64,000 nucleotides of DNA from Convolutriloba macropyga (lineage: Eukaryota). Below the pieces are notes generated by a model. The model worked only from the letters and a program-made list of their open reading frames with translations. It was not told where the DNA came from and did no database searches. Shown piece by piece: positions 1 to 12,511 of the stretch. The stretch is from NCBI RefSeq assembly GCF_964194025.1, contig NC_134477.1, positions 44,330,001 to 44,394,000 on the forward strand, read 5' to 3'. A program made the position numbers and the translations under genes. Each line of letters begins with the position of its first letter. Position 1 is the first letter of the stretch.

Positions 1-270
1 AGGATCTATTCGTCGAAGAAAAAATTTTTTTTTTCATGTGGGATGTATAATGATGAATTTTTTAACGTGTTATAGATACTACTGGCAGGACTATACTTGT
101 GAAAAATCTCAGTAGCAGAGCTTTCATCGAGACAATAGCCTTATAGCGAGAGGATGCATTATCTTTTTGATCTCATAAAAAAATTTTAAAATCTCTTTGT
201 AGGATCTAAAAACCGGTTTAAAATTTCCCAGATCACGGTGAAATTTTATACATCAAAAACTATCTCTTAC

Positions 271-559
271 CAAGCAACAGATAGTTCTGCAATCTTCTGT
301 ATATCTTCAACAACAGTGTAAACTGGCTGTAGAACATGAACAGAAAGAAGAAAGCTGTTTCGCTGACTATCAGCCCAACAGCCAGAGATTGCAAAATGGC
401 ACCCTTCCGTGCCAGAGTGTTTGATGATGTCCGGCCAGATTGTGGTAGGAAACTCTGGGCTATTTTGAGTTTGTAGTACGTATCGTATGTTTTGGATGCG
501 GCTGTGTTGAAACAACGCACACATTTTGTGTCGTCATCTTCATTTGCGTCACGATCACG
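271..559 (-). CDS. PMP22/EMP/claudin-superfamily membrane protein, coding exon 2 (gene continues beyond left edge)
   Basis: TTTCAG acceptor ending at 560 (phase 0) and GTAAGA donor at 270. Joins in frame to the exon at 10238-10420, giving ...GVFKFCDSL|RDRDANEDDDTKCVRCF..., followed by the hydrophobic segment AILQSLAVGLIVSETAFFFLFMF. Confidence 0.7.
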
Positions 560-1767
560 CTGAAACACGCATTATTTTAACTCTATGTTCGAAAATATTT
601 AATACAGCCTTACCCTGGCCAAAATATAAAAGAGGATTTGTAATTTTTAACATTGCATTTAAAATAAAGCTGAGAAATAATTTGAGTTTTTCAGCAAATA
701 TTAATTTTCTCAAAAGATTTACAAAGTAGTAATGCAAAAAAGAACAAATTGTAATAACCCAGCTTCTGGTATATGACGCTAACAAAGTTGCAACTTCAGC
801 AGAACTTTGGTGCAACGGAAGCATGCCTGGACGGAGTTCTGGAGATAGTAGGCTCGAGTCCTCTAAGTTCTCACTCTTTAGCAGTTTAAGGATTTAGCTA
901 ATACCACATCGGGTTGTCACAAAACAAACTAAACTGTCATAAAAGCAATACATTGTTAGACAAGTAGTTTAAAGAAAGGTTTTATTTGCTACGCCCATTA
1001 GAGTTCATGAGATAATTAAATTGCTAGTTCCGATATTTCTTTACGTGATATTATAAACGGTTAGGGTGTAAAAATTTTTGCTGCATCAAATATGAAAAAA
1101 AAACTTGACTCAATGACATCTAGGCGTATTTTTTTTACTTTATGAATATTTAGGTTTACAGATGACAACAACGCCGGCCGATATACAATGAAAGACAATT
1201 TCCCGGACTGATGTCTCATGATATTTCAGTACTGAATCATAAAAATTTAATTCTGTTTTTTTTTCTATACGCAGAGCTCTGATCAGGGCACTTATTTTTG
1301 TTTACTTTAATCTAATTGGTCATTTAACTATTTGACTTTTTTCGGCCAGTATTCCATTCAGCTGATTTTGCTTTACAGCACCCCGTAATCATTTATCGAA
1401 TTTATTCAAAAAATAGAGTTAAGAAACCATAAGAAACCGCCATTAGTTGTGGTAGCTGACTTAAATCGATCTAAAACAGTAAATCGATCAAAGATTTTAA
1501 TGAGGAAGAAGAAAAACGGCAAAATTCAAATAGTTTTAATACGGGCTTCAATTTAACTTTGTTGCCTCTGATTTCATTAGAACTAGAAGACGCTAATTTA
1601 CCCTCTAAAGAAGAGGTAACTATCATGAGAATGGTTCAAAGTGCCTACTTGTGGGATAAAAGGCCATTTGGCTAAATGAACAGTGACGCAAAAAAAGCGA
1701 GGCACCACGTTTCCATGAACACAAATTTTACAAACGAAAAATAATACCTTGAAACCGTTGCTGTTTT

Positions 1768-2853
1768 TAAGTGTATAGACTAAACCTAACTTCACGTTAT
1801 GAAATAAAAAGGAATTTGTTGAACTCCAAATGCTTCTGCATTGATAACAAAAAAACCTTGTTGAGATTTCTGCAACAGATTTATAACCACTTCATTTCAA
1901 CTGGTTCACGTTAAACTATACCCGGGTCGAGGTTTGGCGCTGACTTCTCTTTTTTTCTTGTTAAATTAAATCAGATTGAATAAACGTTGGAAAGCAAATG
2001 CGGTGAATTTTTGTAAGAAATGCGGTGAAATGTGGTGAATTGTTTTTTTTTCACCGCATTCACCGCTTTCACCGCATTTGCTACAATAATTTGCCACAAA
2101 AGTCAATGCGCTGAAATTTTGTAAGAAATACGGTGAATTCCGCGGTGAATTTTTGAAAGAAATGTGGTGAAATGCGGTGAAATATTTATTTTCAGCGCAT
2201 TCACCACAATCACCGCATTTAAAAAAATCGACCACATTCACCGCATTTCTTACAAAAAATTACAGAAAAACCTCGACCCGGGAAGTCTTATTAATTCCAA
2301 CTTCAATTGAAATGTTAAATTTCTTTGTGGTTGAATTGCGTTTTAGGGGCTCATTGCCCTAAAAGGGCCCGATGAGTGGCAAATTAAATCGATGCCACTA
2401 TTTTTTGCGTTTAAATTCAGCCAGTGATTGAGAAACATATTCTTAAATTAACTAAGTGTATAGACTAAACCTAACTTCACGTTATGAAATAAAAAAGGAA
2501 TTTGTTGAACTCCAAATGCTTCTGCATTGATAACAAAAAAACCTTGTTGAGATTTCTGCAACAGAGTTATAACCACTTCATTTCAACTGGTTCACGTTAA
2601 ACTATACCCGGGTCGAGGTTTGGCGCTGACTTTTCTTATTTTTCTTCTTAAATTAAATCAGATTGAATAAACGTTGGAAAGCAAATGCGGTGAATTTTTG
2701 TAAGAAATGCGGTGAAATGTGGTGATTTGTTTTTTTTCACCGCATTCACCGCTTTCACCGCATTTGCTACAATAATTTGCCACAAAAGTCAATAAAGTGA
2801 AATTTTGTAAGAAATACGGTGAATTCCGCGGTGAATTTTTGAATTCCGCGGTG
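1768..2853 (+). repeat. Local direct duplication (about 1768-2155 and 2453-2840) of a MITE left half plus about 150 bp of flank
   Basis: Both copies start TAAGTGTATAGACTAAACCTAACTTCACG and are near-identical. The second breaks off after a GAATTCCGCGGTGAA stutter. Confidence 0.9.
1921..2282. mobile_element. MITE with 15-bp TIR CCCGGGTCGAGGTTT and internal ATGCGGTGAA/TTCACCGCAT repeats
   Basis: Perfect TIR at 1921-1935 and 2268-2282. TA on the left, AA on the right. Related copies at 2607, 13552/14113 and about 20709-21729. Confidence 0.8.
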
Positions 2854-3937
2854 AAAAAAATAGCAAATGGGTGCGAAGTTCAAAAAAAACTTTTCGATTT
2901 TTGAAAACAATTAATTTCACAGTCATCAATGTCATCAGATATCAACTGAAACCACTAAAATGCTCCTTTATATATACACAGGAAGCAATTGAGACATGTC
3001 ATTATCCAATTATCGATTGTGCAAAATTTCAAAGCCAAAGGAATCAACAATTTTTGTTATAATTTAAAAAAACCAAAATTAATTTGAAATGCACAAATAA
3101 ATAAAAATCTAAAATTTTGTGAAATTTCGTTGTAACAGCAGTAACAAAGCCCGAAACAATTGTTTGAAGCGAGAACCGTTCTAAAAATTAAATTATAGCT
3201 CACTGGAAAGGGGTTGTGACCTGTTTTTAAAGTGACTGAGGTAAAAGTCTAGCAAAAACTTTTTAAAAAAGACGAAACTCAAAAACTCAATTTTATATTT
3301 GAAAAGAAATATTTTTAAAAATGAAAGCAGGCTAAAGATTACTACAAAAAGCGATAGATTAAGCTGAGTCTGTTAATAATGAGACTAAGTCAAGAGCCCA
3401 CAAAAAACAAATACATAAAGAAGCCGAAATTTCAATCCAATTTTACGACATGACACTGTTCAAGGCACTATATTTATAAGATGATGCCAGCAAGAACTTT
3501 AAATTATCATTTTACCTTCATGCATGCTAACATCAACGAGCCTCCTTTATAAAGGGGCTACTTAGACATGACAACAAAAAAATCCAAAAACTGAACAGTA
3601 TGGAAATCTCAAAAAAAAATTATCAAACTAAATGGTCGAAGCAATCAGTCACATTGTACAACCAAGGGCGAAACAAATGTTTGAGTCAACGAAAGGAATT
3701 GAGACTTCTAATGAGTGAAAATGAGTAACATGTTGATGCAAATAAAAAGAGGAGACAGATGAAAAAACGTATATCAACTCCTTGTGCTGACCCGGTCCCC
3801 ATCAAAACGAGAAACCTGAGGCGAAAGAAGAAAGAGCAAAACAACACAAACAAGGGACTAAAATAAGAACCAAAAACTTCAAAGTAAAAGAGACGAGCAA
3901 AGTTCCCGCAAAATTACAACTAGGTGATTACAACCCT

Positions 3938-4150
3938 TTTTGTCATTTATGGCAGATCACTTTCTGTCAGTATTTCAGAGGGCTGGTTTTATACATTTGT
4001 CTAAGAATTAATACATCGGGTGAACCTTCGTGCGCACCATATAATCTCCTTAAGGGTACGGATGTTTTCAAATCAACTGTTCTGAACAGACTGTTATCAA
4101 GAACACAAAGAAAAGTGCTTAAAAAAAGTAATAGAAGTAATCTGAATCTA
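3938..4150 (+). repeat. Dispersed repeat, homologous to about 9770-9978
   Basis: Shared colinear blocks such as GCTGGT.TTATACATTTGTCTAA, TGCGCA..ATATAATCT, AACAGACTGTT and GTAATAGA...AATCTGAATC. Confidence 0.65.
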
Positions 4151-5199
4151 TTTCTTTTTAGAATACCATAAAAAGTTTTAATGAATTTGACCGTAGAATC
4201 AATGATTTGTCATTAGCGCTAAGTTGATCAACGTTTTCAAACAATTGAACAGGCCAGAAATTTTCATTAACGATTATCAAAAAAACCTCAAGTTTTTTGC
4301 ATAAAACCTCATAATTTTTTGATTTTTGAGTTTTTTTGAAAATCACAAAAATCATGGGAAAAATTAAAAGATAATCAAAAAATTAAATTTTTTTGCAAAA
4401 AAAAACCTCTAATATTTTGGCTTTTTGAGATTTAACGAAAATCAACGAAATCATGAAATCATGGGAAAAATAAAAAAAATTGACCAAAGAAATAGAAATT
4501 TTTTGCAAAAACAATCTCAAAATTTTTGCATTTTTGAGATTTTATTGAAAATCATCAATTTTAAAGAAAAAATTCAAAACTGCTCAGAAAAACCAAAAAA
4601 TTTGGCAATAAATATCAAATTTTTTGGGCATCTGAGATTCTTGGAAATCGCCAAAACCAAGTAAAAAATTCCAAAACGATCAAAATAAACCAATTTATTT
4701 TTGCAAAAAAACCTGAAAATGTTTGAATTAATGATATAAAAACCTCAAATTTTTGGATTTAGAAAAGTTTAAAAACTCACTAAAATTATTTAAACTTCAT
4801 GATCAATCAAAAATAACCAAATAGATTCCAGGCGACTGTCCGACAACATTAAGGAATCATTAGGTACCCATCATAAACTTCTAATTGTTTTTTCTCCAGT
4901 AGAAGCGACTGTCAGCTGAAACCAATACAGAAAAAAAACTGTTGAGAACTTGGAAATTTCATTTTTTAGTTCTGTAGTTAGCTATATTACACTTGTTTGA
5001 CGACCGTACGTTGAATAAACAACAACTAGTGTTTTTCATGGAAAATTGTTGCTGCTTACCCCATACCTTTGTTAAATTTTGTTCTGTTTAAAGAGGTTAA
5101 TTAGTGGGCAATCTGCAACTGTTCTCAAAAAAGTCCAACGTTAGTACAGAAAAAAGTAATTAGGTAATCAAAACAATAATAAAATATTTTACGAAGAAA

Positions 5200-7200
5200 T
5201 TCTTAGAGAGGAGCTTTAGCTATGCTGCTGTTCTTGCAGAATAAAAGTCATTGTTTGCAAATTACGAAGAGCTTATGGCAACTTTTGAGGCAAACCAAAT
5301 AACGCCGCCTTTGTTGGCACTAACAGAGACCTGGTTGAAGGATTACTCAAACAACCAATTGTTCTGCAACAAAAATTTACAAAAAGTTGTTACATGCAAC
5401 CGACCTAAAAAACGGGCGGAAATGTAGCTCTGCTCGCAAGCAAAGAACATCAATTATCAACCATAAAGAGCTCTGCAAACAATGACATACAAGTTTTAAC
5501 GGCAATTTGCATTTCAAAATATCAGTGTTTTGTAGTAACGATTGTGTACAAGGCTCCACAAAACATATATTTACATTCCAAAATTTTCTTTTAGAATATT
5601 TTTTGTCAGGGGACAAAAAACAATCACATTTTATGCGGGTACTTAACATAGAGTTCTCAAGAAAAAATTTTAAAAAATTTCTTAGGGGAATCAGCTTTCT
5701 AAAATACCTAAAATCAAAGAAAAACGAGCCTAGCAGAGCAACGATCAGAAGCAACTCAACTCTGGTCATTTTCTTTGTAAATTTTGAATGTGAAACAGAG
5801 GTTCTGAAAACCAAAGTGTCAGACAATTATGGAGTTTATTTGAAAGTAAGTGATCTGAACGATAATCAAAATAACACAATAGGAGAAGATGAACAACAAA
5901 AATAGAGAAAAGGGAATGCTTACTAACTCAACAAGCTTACTAACGTTCTGGAGTTAAATGTCGAATTGTCAAAGAAACTTAAGTCAAAGGATGATTTTTT
6001 TTGGTTCTGTACAGTGGCGAAAGGAGTGCGCTATCTGGAGAAAATTTTAATTATAACTCTGGATCTTATAACTCCAACAAAAATCATCAAAAAGAAAAAA
6101 GAACAAAACTGTATAATTTTCTGCAGTCAAGGTCACAACAAGTAAAAACAACAATACAACTTAAAAAACAACAAATGAAAAACATTTTACGAAACACCAA
6201 GAACTACTACGAAAAATAATTTTGATAAACAAAACGATTCCAACGGCAAAAACTTATATAGTTATCTGAATCAAGTTTGCCATCCAAATACAAAAGTAAT
6301 CAGACATCACAAACACTATTAATTCCGGAACACTCAATTAATACTTTGTAAAAATTGGCCCCTCATTTGCAAAAAAAATTGAGAAACCGTTTGATGGGAA
6401 TACGAATAATCAAATTGTTGACTCTTTTGTTTTAGAACGACGAAGCTAAGTTCAAAATGAAGCAAATTGCAAAGGAAAAATAGTTCCGATTATTTGAGTT
6501 GAACGAACCATCTTCTAAAAACAATTAATCCAGTCATTAGAGGAAAGCTCACAGATATTTTCAACAAAAACATAGTTGAATCAATTTATCCCACAAACTT
6601 AAAAATTTCAAAAATTGAGTAACCTTATGATGGGAATACAATTAATCGAAGTGTTGACTCTTTTGTTTTAGAGCAGGCACAAAACAACGTAATTATGTTC
6701 AAAATAAAGCAACTTGCAAAGGAAAAAGAGTTCCGATTTTATGAGTTTAACAAACCATCTTCAAAAAACAAATATTCCAGTCATTAAAGGAAAGCTCACA
6801 GATATTTTCAACAAAATCATAATTGAACCAATTTATCCCACAAACTTAAAAATTTCAAAAATTGTGGTGGCAATTTTCAATGATGGAGATCCAATTGAGC
6901 CTAACAATTACAGACCAATTTTTTTATCATTTTGTGGCAAAATTTTTGGGAGAATTGTTAAACGAAGACTGATTAAGCGCGGACTTTTCGGCTGAAAAAC
7001 AAAATTCTCTCCAGAAAACAATTAGGTTTTCTGACTGCGAGATCAACTGTCATTGCTTTAAAAGAAATGCTGGAAAACACTCAGAGATTCAGGAGAAAAA
7101 AGTTTTGGCTCATTGTACCTTGCTTGACCTCTCAAAAGCGTTTGATACTGTTGGTCAAAGCATTTTGCTAGACAAAGGTTCCAAATATGGTTTGAGAGCA
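5200..7200 (+). mobile_element. Degenerate non-LTR retrotransposon (CR1/L2/Jockey-like LINE): APE endonuclease and RT remnant
   Basis: LALTETWL at about 5314-5337. LKISKIV...GDPIEPNNYRPI...GKIFGRIV in ORF 6714-6995. DLSKAFDTV at about 7126-7152. Many stops and frameshifts, plus an internal tandem duplication at about 6390-6617 / 6626-6864. Confidence 0.85.
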
Positions 7201-7439
7201 GTACTAATGAATTTAGTACACATAATGTAAATTTGAATGAATAACTCTGAAACGATGCAGCAACAGGCAAATTGTCTCCTAGCACTCGTTCAGTACGACG
7301 TTTTCTACTCTAATTTGTTAAATTATTCGAAGCTTGACATTTTGGTACTGAAAACAAATTGATTACTATTGACCGAGAAAACTTTTGTTCAATAAATTCT
7401 CGTTTTTCATAACGAAGAGTTCTCTTGTAGTCCGTTTTA

Positions 7440-7650
7440 GAGTCTTCAACGTTTCCTAATTTAAAAGCGTTACAAAACTGAAATTTGAGTACTAATTTGT
7501 AAAGGTCTGAATTATCAATTTTTATAAGCAAAGCTTCTCTTAGTCTTTTTTAGAGATTTCAACTTTTCCTAGTTTAATAGCGTTACAGAAGTGCTTTTTG
7601 AGTACTAATTGGTAAAGGTCCAAAAATTATCAAATATTTGGTGCTTTTAG
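7440..7650. repeat. Degenerate tandem repeat, period about 113 bp
   Basis: TCAAC.TTTCCTA.TTTAA.AGCGTTACA...TTTGAGTACTAATT.GTAAAGGTC occurs twice. Confidence 0.65.
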
Positions 7651-8379
7651 TTAAAATTGTGTGCCATTTTGCGACAAAAAGAAAAAAAAGTAAAAAAAAA
7701 CAATATACAGACGACAGCGTCACCTGATCATTCTTTTGTACTCTTACAATTTTAAGACGCCCTAAATGCGTGTGACTAGCGTCCTCTGATCCAATGCCCT
7801 CAAGATCTTGACCCCAGCAGTTCTCGACTATCATCAACAATCAGACCAGATCATTTCCATGTTTTTGTTATGTGCGCCTAACACAAAAATCAGTGACATG
7901 GGGTCTATAGTGGGAATAGAATTCTGCTACGAATTCAACGTATAACAACTGCTTTTGCTGACACGGCCCGTTGAAACGAGAACTCAACTGCAATATGTGA
8001 AAATCACTCAACCAGAAATCTTCTTTGTTTTTTGGTATAGTGATAAGCCCAATTCGTAGAATAACATCAATGCAAATTTTATTCAAGGAAAGACTAGCCT
8101 CATAAACTTAAATCGGCAAAGCTAGCTCGATATTTTCAGCACGTCCTATGTTTGAGAGTGGTCGCTGATTCAAATTTTTTAGAAAAAAGAAATCTAAAAG
8201 GCTAAGCAAACGATTTAGTGGCATATTTGAAGTTATGTTTAGTGGGAAATCGGTTAGCTTTGGTATTTCAAAAATGATATGTATAGCGCGCTTAGAACGG
8301 AGTTTTTAGACGGGAGTTTTGATATAAAGCGCACAATAACTCTCTATCTAATGATATAATATATTCGTTTCATTTAAAT

Positions 8380-9630
8380 TCTCGGTAACATCCTCCAGCA
8401 CGCAAAAAGTTGTTGGGATGATCGATCAAGCTTAACGACCGGATGGAGGAGCAATCATGACAACGTGCGCATGACGGCGGAACCTTTTCGAAGTTTTTGT
8501 ATCCGCGCAGTGTGATAGCAACAACGAGGGTGGCATTCTTCAACTATCAAAACTAATTCACCGAACGTTAGCAGATGCTCGACAAGCGTCTGCCCCTTAG
8601 ATCTACCGATCACAAGAAACATACTCTTTGAGTTAAGGAGCCCAAATTGTTTTGCTGTATGACTGTGCACGATCGTACCGCTTGCGGTGATCGAACTCGT
8701 CGACGCTAACGGTGGGGGGAATTCCAGTTGCTTGGTTACCAAAAAAAACATGATTGATTGTAACTGCACCTAGAGCGGACGGGTCGACGCTTACGGGCTT
8801 TAACGGACGTGCGTTCAGTGCGTATTCGACTAGACCAAAATAAGTGTTCAAACCTTATCTGTGAGGCAACGTGTACCGAGGATGGTCTACTTTTTTCTTT
8901 TAAAACTACGGGCCAGCCTCTTGCCTCGATGCCATCCTGTTGGAGCGCGTTGGGCTGATTGAACTTCCACTTATAGCCCTCATGCGCAAGTTCCGCGGCG
9001 ATGTGGCGCACGTTCCGTTTTTCAGTACATTCATGGTGTTCTTTTTCCGCTCCGATAAAGTTCGTACAGTTATCTGACCAAATAATATCAAGCGTACCCC
9101 GACGGGAGACAAATCGCTCCACTCCCAAAACAAAGGAACTGTTGTTCATTGACGGTACGACTTCAGCATGGACAGCACGAGTAATCGGCAAAGCGAAGAG
9201 AAGCCCCACCACTTCTCGGAAGCTGGACGAACGGTAACATAAAATGGGCCAAAGTAATCAATCCCGGTGTTTGTAAAGGGAGGATACCGGTGAGCGAGGA
9301 CTTTCTGCATAAGACGCAGTTTGATTTGGCAGTGATAAACGTAGTTTGTAAATTGCGTAACGTTTCTGTTTTTTTGACCGTAAGTAATCGACGCCCTTGT
9401 TGTAGTTTTTCAAGTAAGTGTGCCGCGGAAAAGCTCAATAAATGTATGACGCGTATCCAGCACAATAAGATGCTTCAAAGTGAATTTCCACTAGCCGTCG
9501 AAATCGACCACCAGAACGGATGAGACCATGAGGCCTAATAAACGGTGTAATCTGAGCATTGTGGCCGCTCTTTTTGACGGATTTGTTTTCAAGATCGTTT
9601 CTTTCGGCACTAAGGACTCTCCTGGAACAA
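8380..9630 (-). mobile_element. Pao/BEL LTR-retrotransposon remnant (integrase core and downstream region), frameshifted
   Basis: TRAVHAEVV...VERFVSRRG...IWSDNCTNFIGA (BEL integrase motif), ALNARPL, and upstream ITPFI..HGLIRSGGR are spread over several frames. No LTRs recognised. Confidence 0.9.
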
Positions 9631-10237
9631 ACCACTGTCAACAACAAAAGCCAGAAGAGCAAAATTTGAAACAACCAAGAGAGTAAAACAACAAAAAATA
9701 AACGTAAACAACAAAAGTAAAGAAAGAGAAGAAAAGTTCGCACATATTGACAAATCAATGATTCTAGCTTTTTGTCATCATTAGCGGTGTTTATTTTGGG
9801 CTAGAATTTAAAAGAGCTGGTGTTATACATTTGTCTAAAATTACCACATCGGTTGCAATTTTGCCTGCGCAATATAATCTTCTTAGGGATGTGCATTTAT
9901 AAAACTAAGAGATCTAAACAGACTGTTGTTTGAGGAACTCATGTAACTTCAACAGGTAATAGAGCCAATCTGAATCAATTAGCTAGTATAGGAGCTACGG
10001 AGGGTACGGTTGCCTGTGATTTTCGGACTCTCCGAGACAAAGTCGAGTTGAGATCACAGTTCACTCACCTGGGAGAAATTATGCATTTGAGGTCAATCTG
10101 ATCAGAGGTCACAAATGCCTCAACTTGAGCACTTTAATGTCTTTCGATCAAATTTTAAAATAAATTTTTTATTTTTTGTCCAAAATCTAGCCCATTGTTT
10201 TTTAGAGAAACTGCTTTTCACGAAAGTTTCCACTTAC

Positions 10238-10420
10238 CAGAGAGTCGCAAAACTTGAAAACTCCAATTTGTACCTCCCGGATGTCATGTTCGTTGATGGG
10301 AGACCTTGTTGATTGGACTGCCCAATTTGATGACGTCACGCTTACCACTGTGAATGAAATAGCTGTCAGCTGAACAAGAAGGATGATAACTATAAGTGCT
10401 GCTTTCTGGCGACCCATCAT
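10238..10420 (-). CDS. PMP22/EMP/claudin-superfamily membrane protein, coding exon 1
   Basis: ATG, N-terminal TM helix (AALIVIILLVQLTAISFTVVSV), then W...GVFKFC matching the W-GLW-C signature. Consensus donor CTG|GTAAGT at 10237, phase 0. Confidence 0.75.
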
Positions 10421-12511
10421 TGAAATATTATCCGCAAATAAGATAACTAATTTGACTACATCGAGTATAATTTTAAGAAATTTGCCAACCGAATTAGATG
10501 AAAAACTTTATTTAATTTGGTATAACCTATTATAAAACGAAAAGTAAATCATTGGTAACAGTCCCAAAACAGTAATAATTGATTTAAAAACAGATTAACG
10601 AATCAACGTAATAATAGAAAATTATATATGAATCATCGCTTCATTGCGGAAAGGTAAAACCAAAATTTTGTGCTACATTTAATTTCGATACATTTTGTTA
10701 AGTACAAAAAGTTAGCTGCATTTTAATAGCTGAGACATTATAAAAAATGAAGCAGTTCTACAAATTGTTTTGTAAAAGATATCACATTATTTTTAATTTC
10801 ACAAGAATTTGCAGTTTACTTTTCGAGAATAGCGAATCTAATTTTGCTCATTGAAATAACTGCTGTTTTAAAACATGTGAACCACCATCAAGTTCACCGC
10901 CATTATCAATTGCACTTTCAAATTAGGCAAACCATTCGATAATGGTTAGAACGTGATATGAATTGTGGGTCTTTCAGAACTGAGTTGTTTGCACAAGAGA
11001 TTTGACACAAAATGGTTATAAACTGAACATGTGTGATATTTATCATCTAGTAACCACCACGCGCGCTTACGTGTCGAGAAGGTTTGAGCAAGTTTATGTC
11101 ATGTCTTTGTGTCGAAATTTAGCTATATGGTTGTTTCGAAGAAGATTTATGTGTTACAGGTTTGAAATCATATTATCAAAAACGTGACCCATGGAATAAA
11201 CCGATGTGAATTGGTAATTATTGATTGATATGTTTTACTTCCATATCATTAGGCTTCCATGTAATTTGTGTAAGATGTGATAAGATGCGATCTCTTATAA
11301 TGTTCCCATCGCGCTCATCCACATTTTTGGCTTAATTGTATACCAAATGAGGAAGGGATAGAAAAACTTTTAAATTTCAAATATTGTTCATTGGTGTATA
11401 AATAATTTTTGTGTGAATAAAAAATGCTTCTGACTCAAATCACTTAGTAAAGTAATTAAATCCTGCCAATATTTAATATACTAAAGGATCATACCTGCCA
11501 TTACTAAGACTACTGGACCAGACAAACAACAAAATCAAGTAAGAACAACAAACATTATCTCATCGCTAAAAAATTGATATATTCAATTGTGCATTCTTTC
11601 TAAACGCCAAATATGTGATATCTGACTTATCAGTAATGTGACAAGACAAGAAAAAGAACCTCAAAATGGGAAATGTCAAAAATTCTTAAAAAAATGTGAT
11701 TGCCAAGCCAAAAAACCAATATATAAAATGTACGCAATTAATATTCAATATTAATACATTAGAAAGACAATGCAACATGCCTTTCTTGACCTTAACTAAA
11801 AGAGAAACGAAAACTATGAAAAAATTTGTAAGTACAGCTCAATAATTCATTGTCTAATTTGACAACAAATAATTTTATTGGTCAAATATACCATCAGCTT
11901 TCGACTGAGAAAATTAGATAGGTTTTCGAGAATCTCTTTATGAAATCAGTTGATTATTTCAGTAGTAAGCGTTGAGTTAAATTACTCAGTTCAGTAATTA
12001 ATTTAAAATTGTCACCTCGAATATCTTTTGTAAAATGGTATTATCTCAGGAAAAGTTTGGGGTTGTTTTCACTCCTGATTTTACAGACTCTTCTAGTTTC
12101 AATTTGATCAGTCTAAAAAGCTGCTCCGAAATAATAGGAAACTAATTTTGTAACATTAATGAAAATAAGTTCCCTGGAAAACTAAAAACTATTTTTTTAA
12201 TTGGAAAACAAAAATTATAAAATTGAAATTGAGGAAGTTTTCAATTGGTGTGAATAAATATTTTTAAGGACGCGTTTAGTTGATTGTTCAAGCTGAGTAA
12301 AAAGACAACTATAACACATTTTTGAATTAGTTCTTTTCTAAAAATTGAGCAAAAATATCTACTAGAATAAAAATCTAATGTAAAAACAACAACCTAATAA
12401 ATGGAGTGCTTGCAAACTTAATGCAGATAGGATAAAAATTTTCCTGTAGAACGTTTCGACTATTTTTTAACAAATGGAATATAAAAATTCCAATTATTTC
12501 TAGCTATTGTT

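Noticed and set aside
757-870. Possible extra exon of the claudin-like gene (GC-richer patch, ORF 555-824)
   Set aside because: No convincing phase-compatible splice pair, and exons 1 and 2 already join cleanly.
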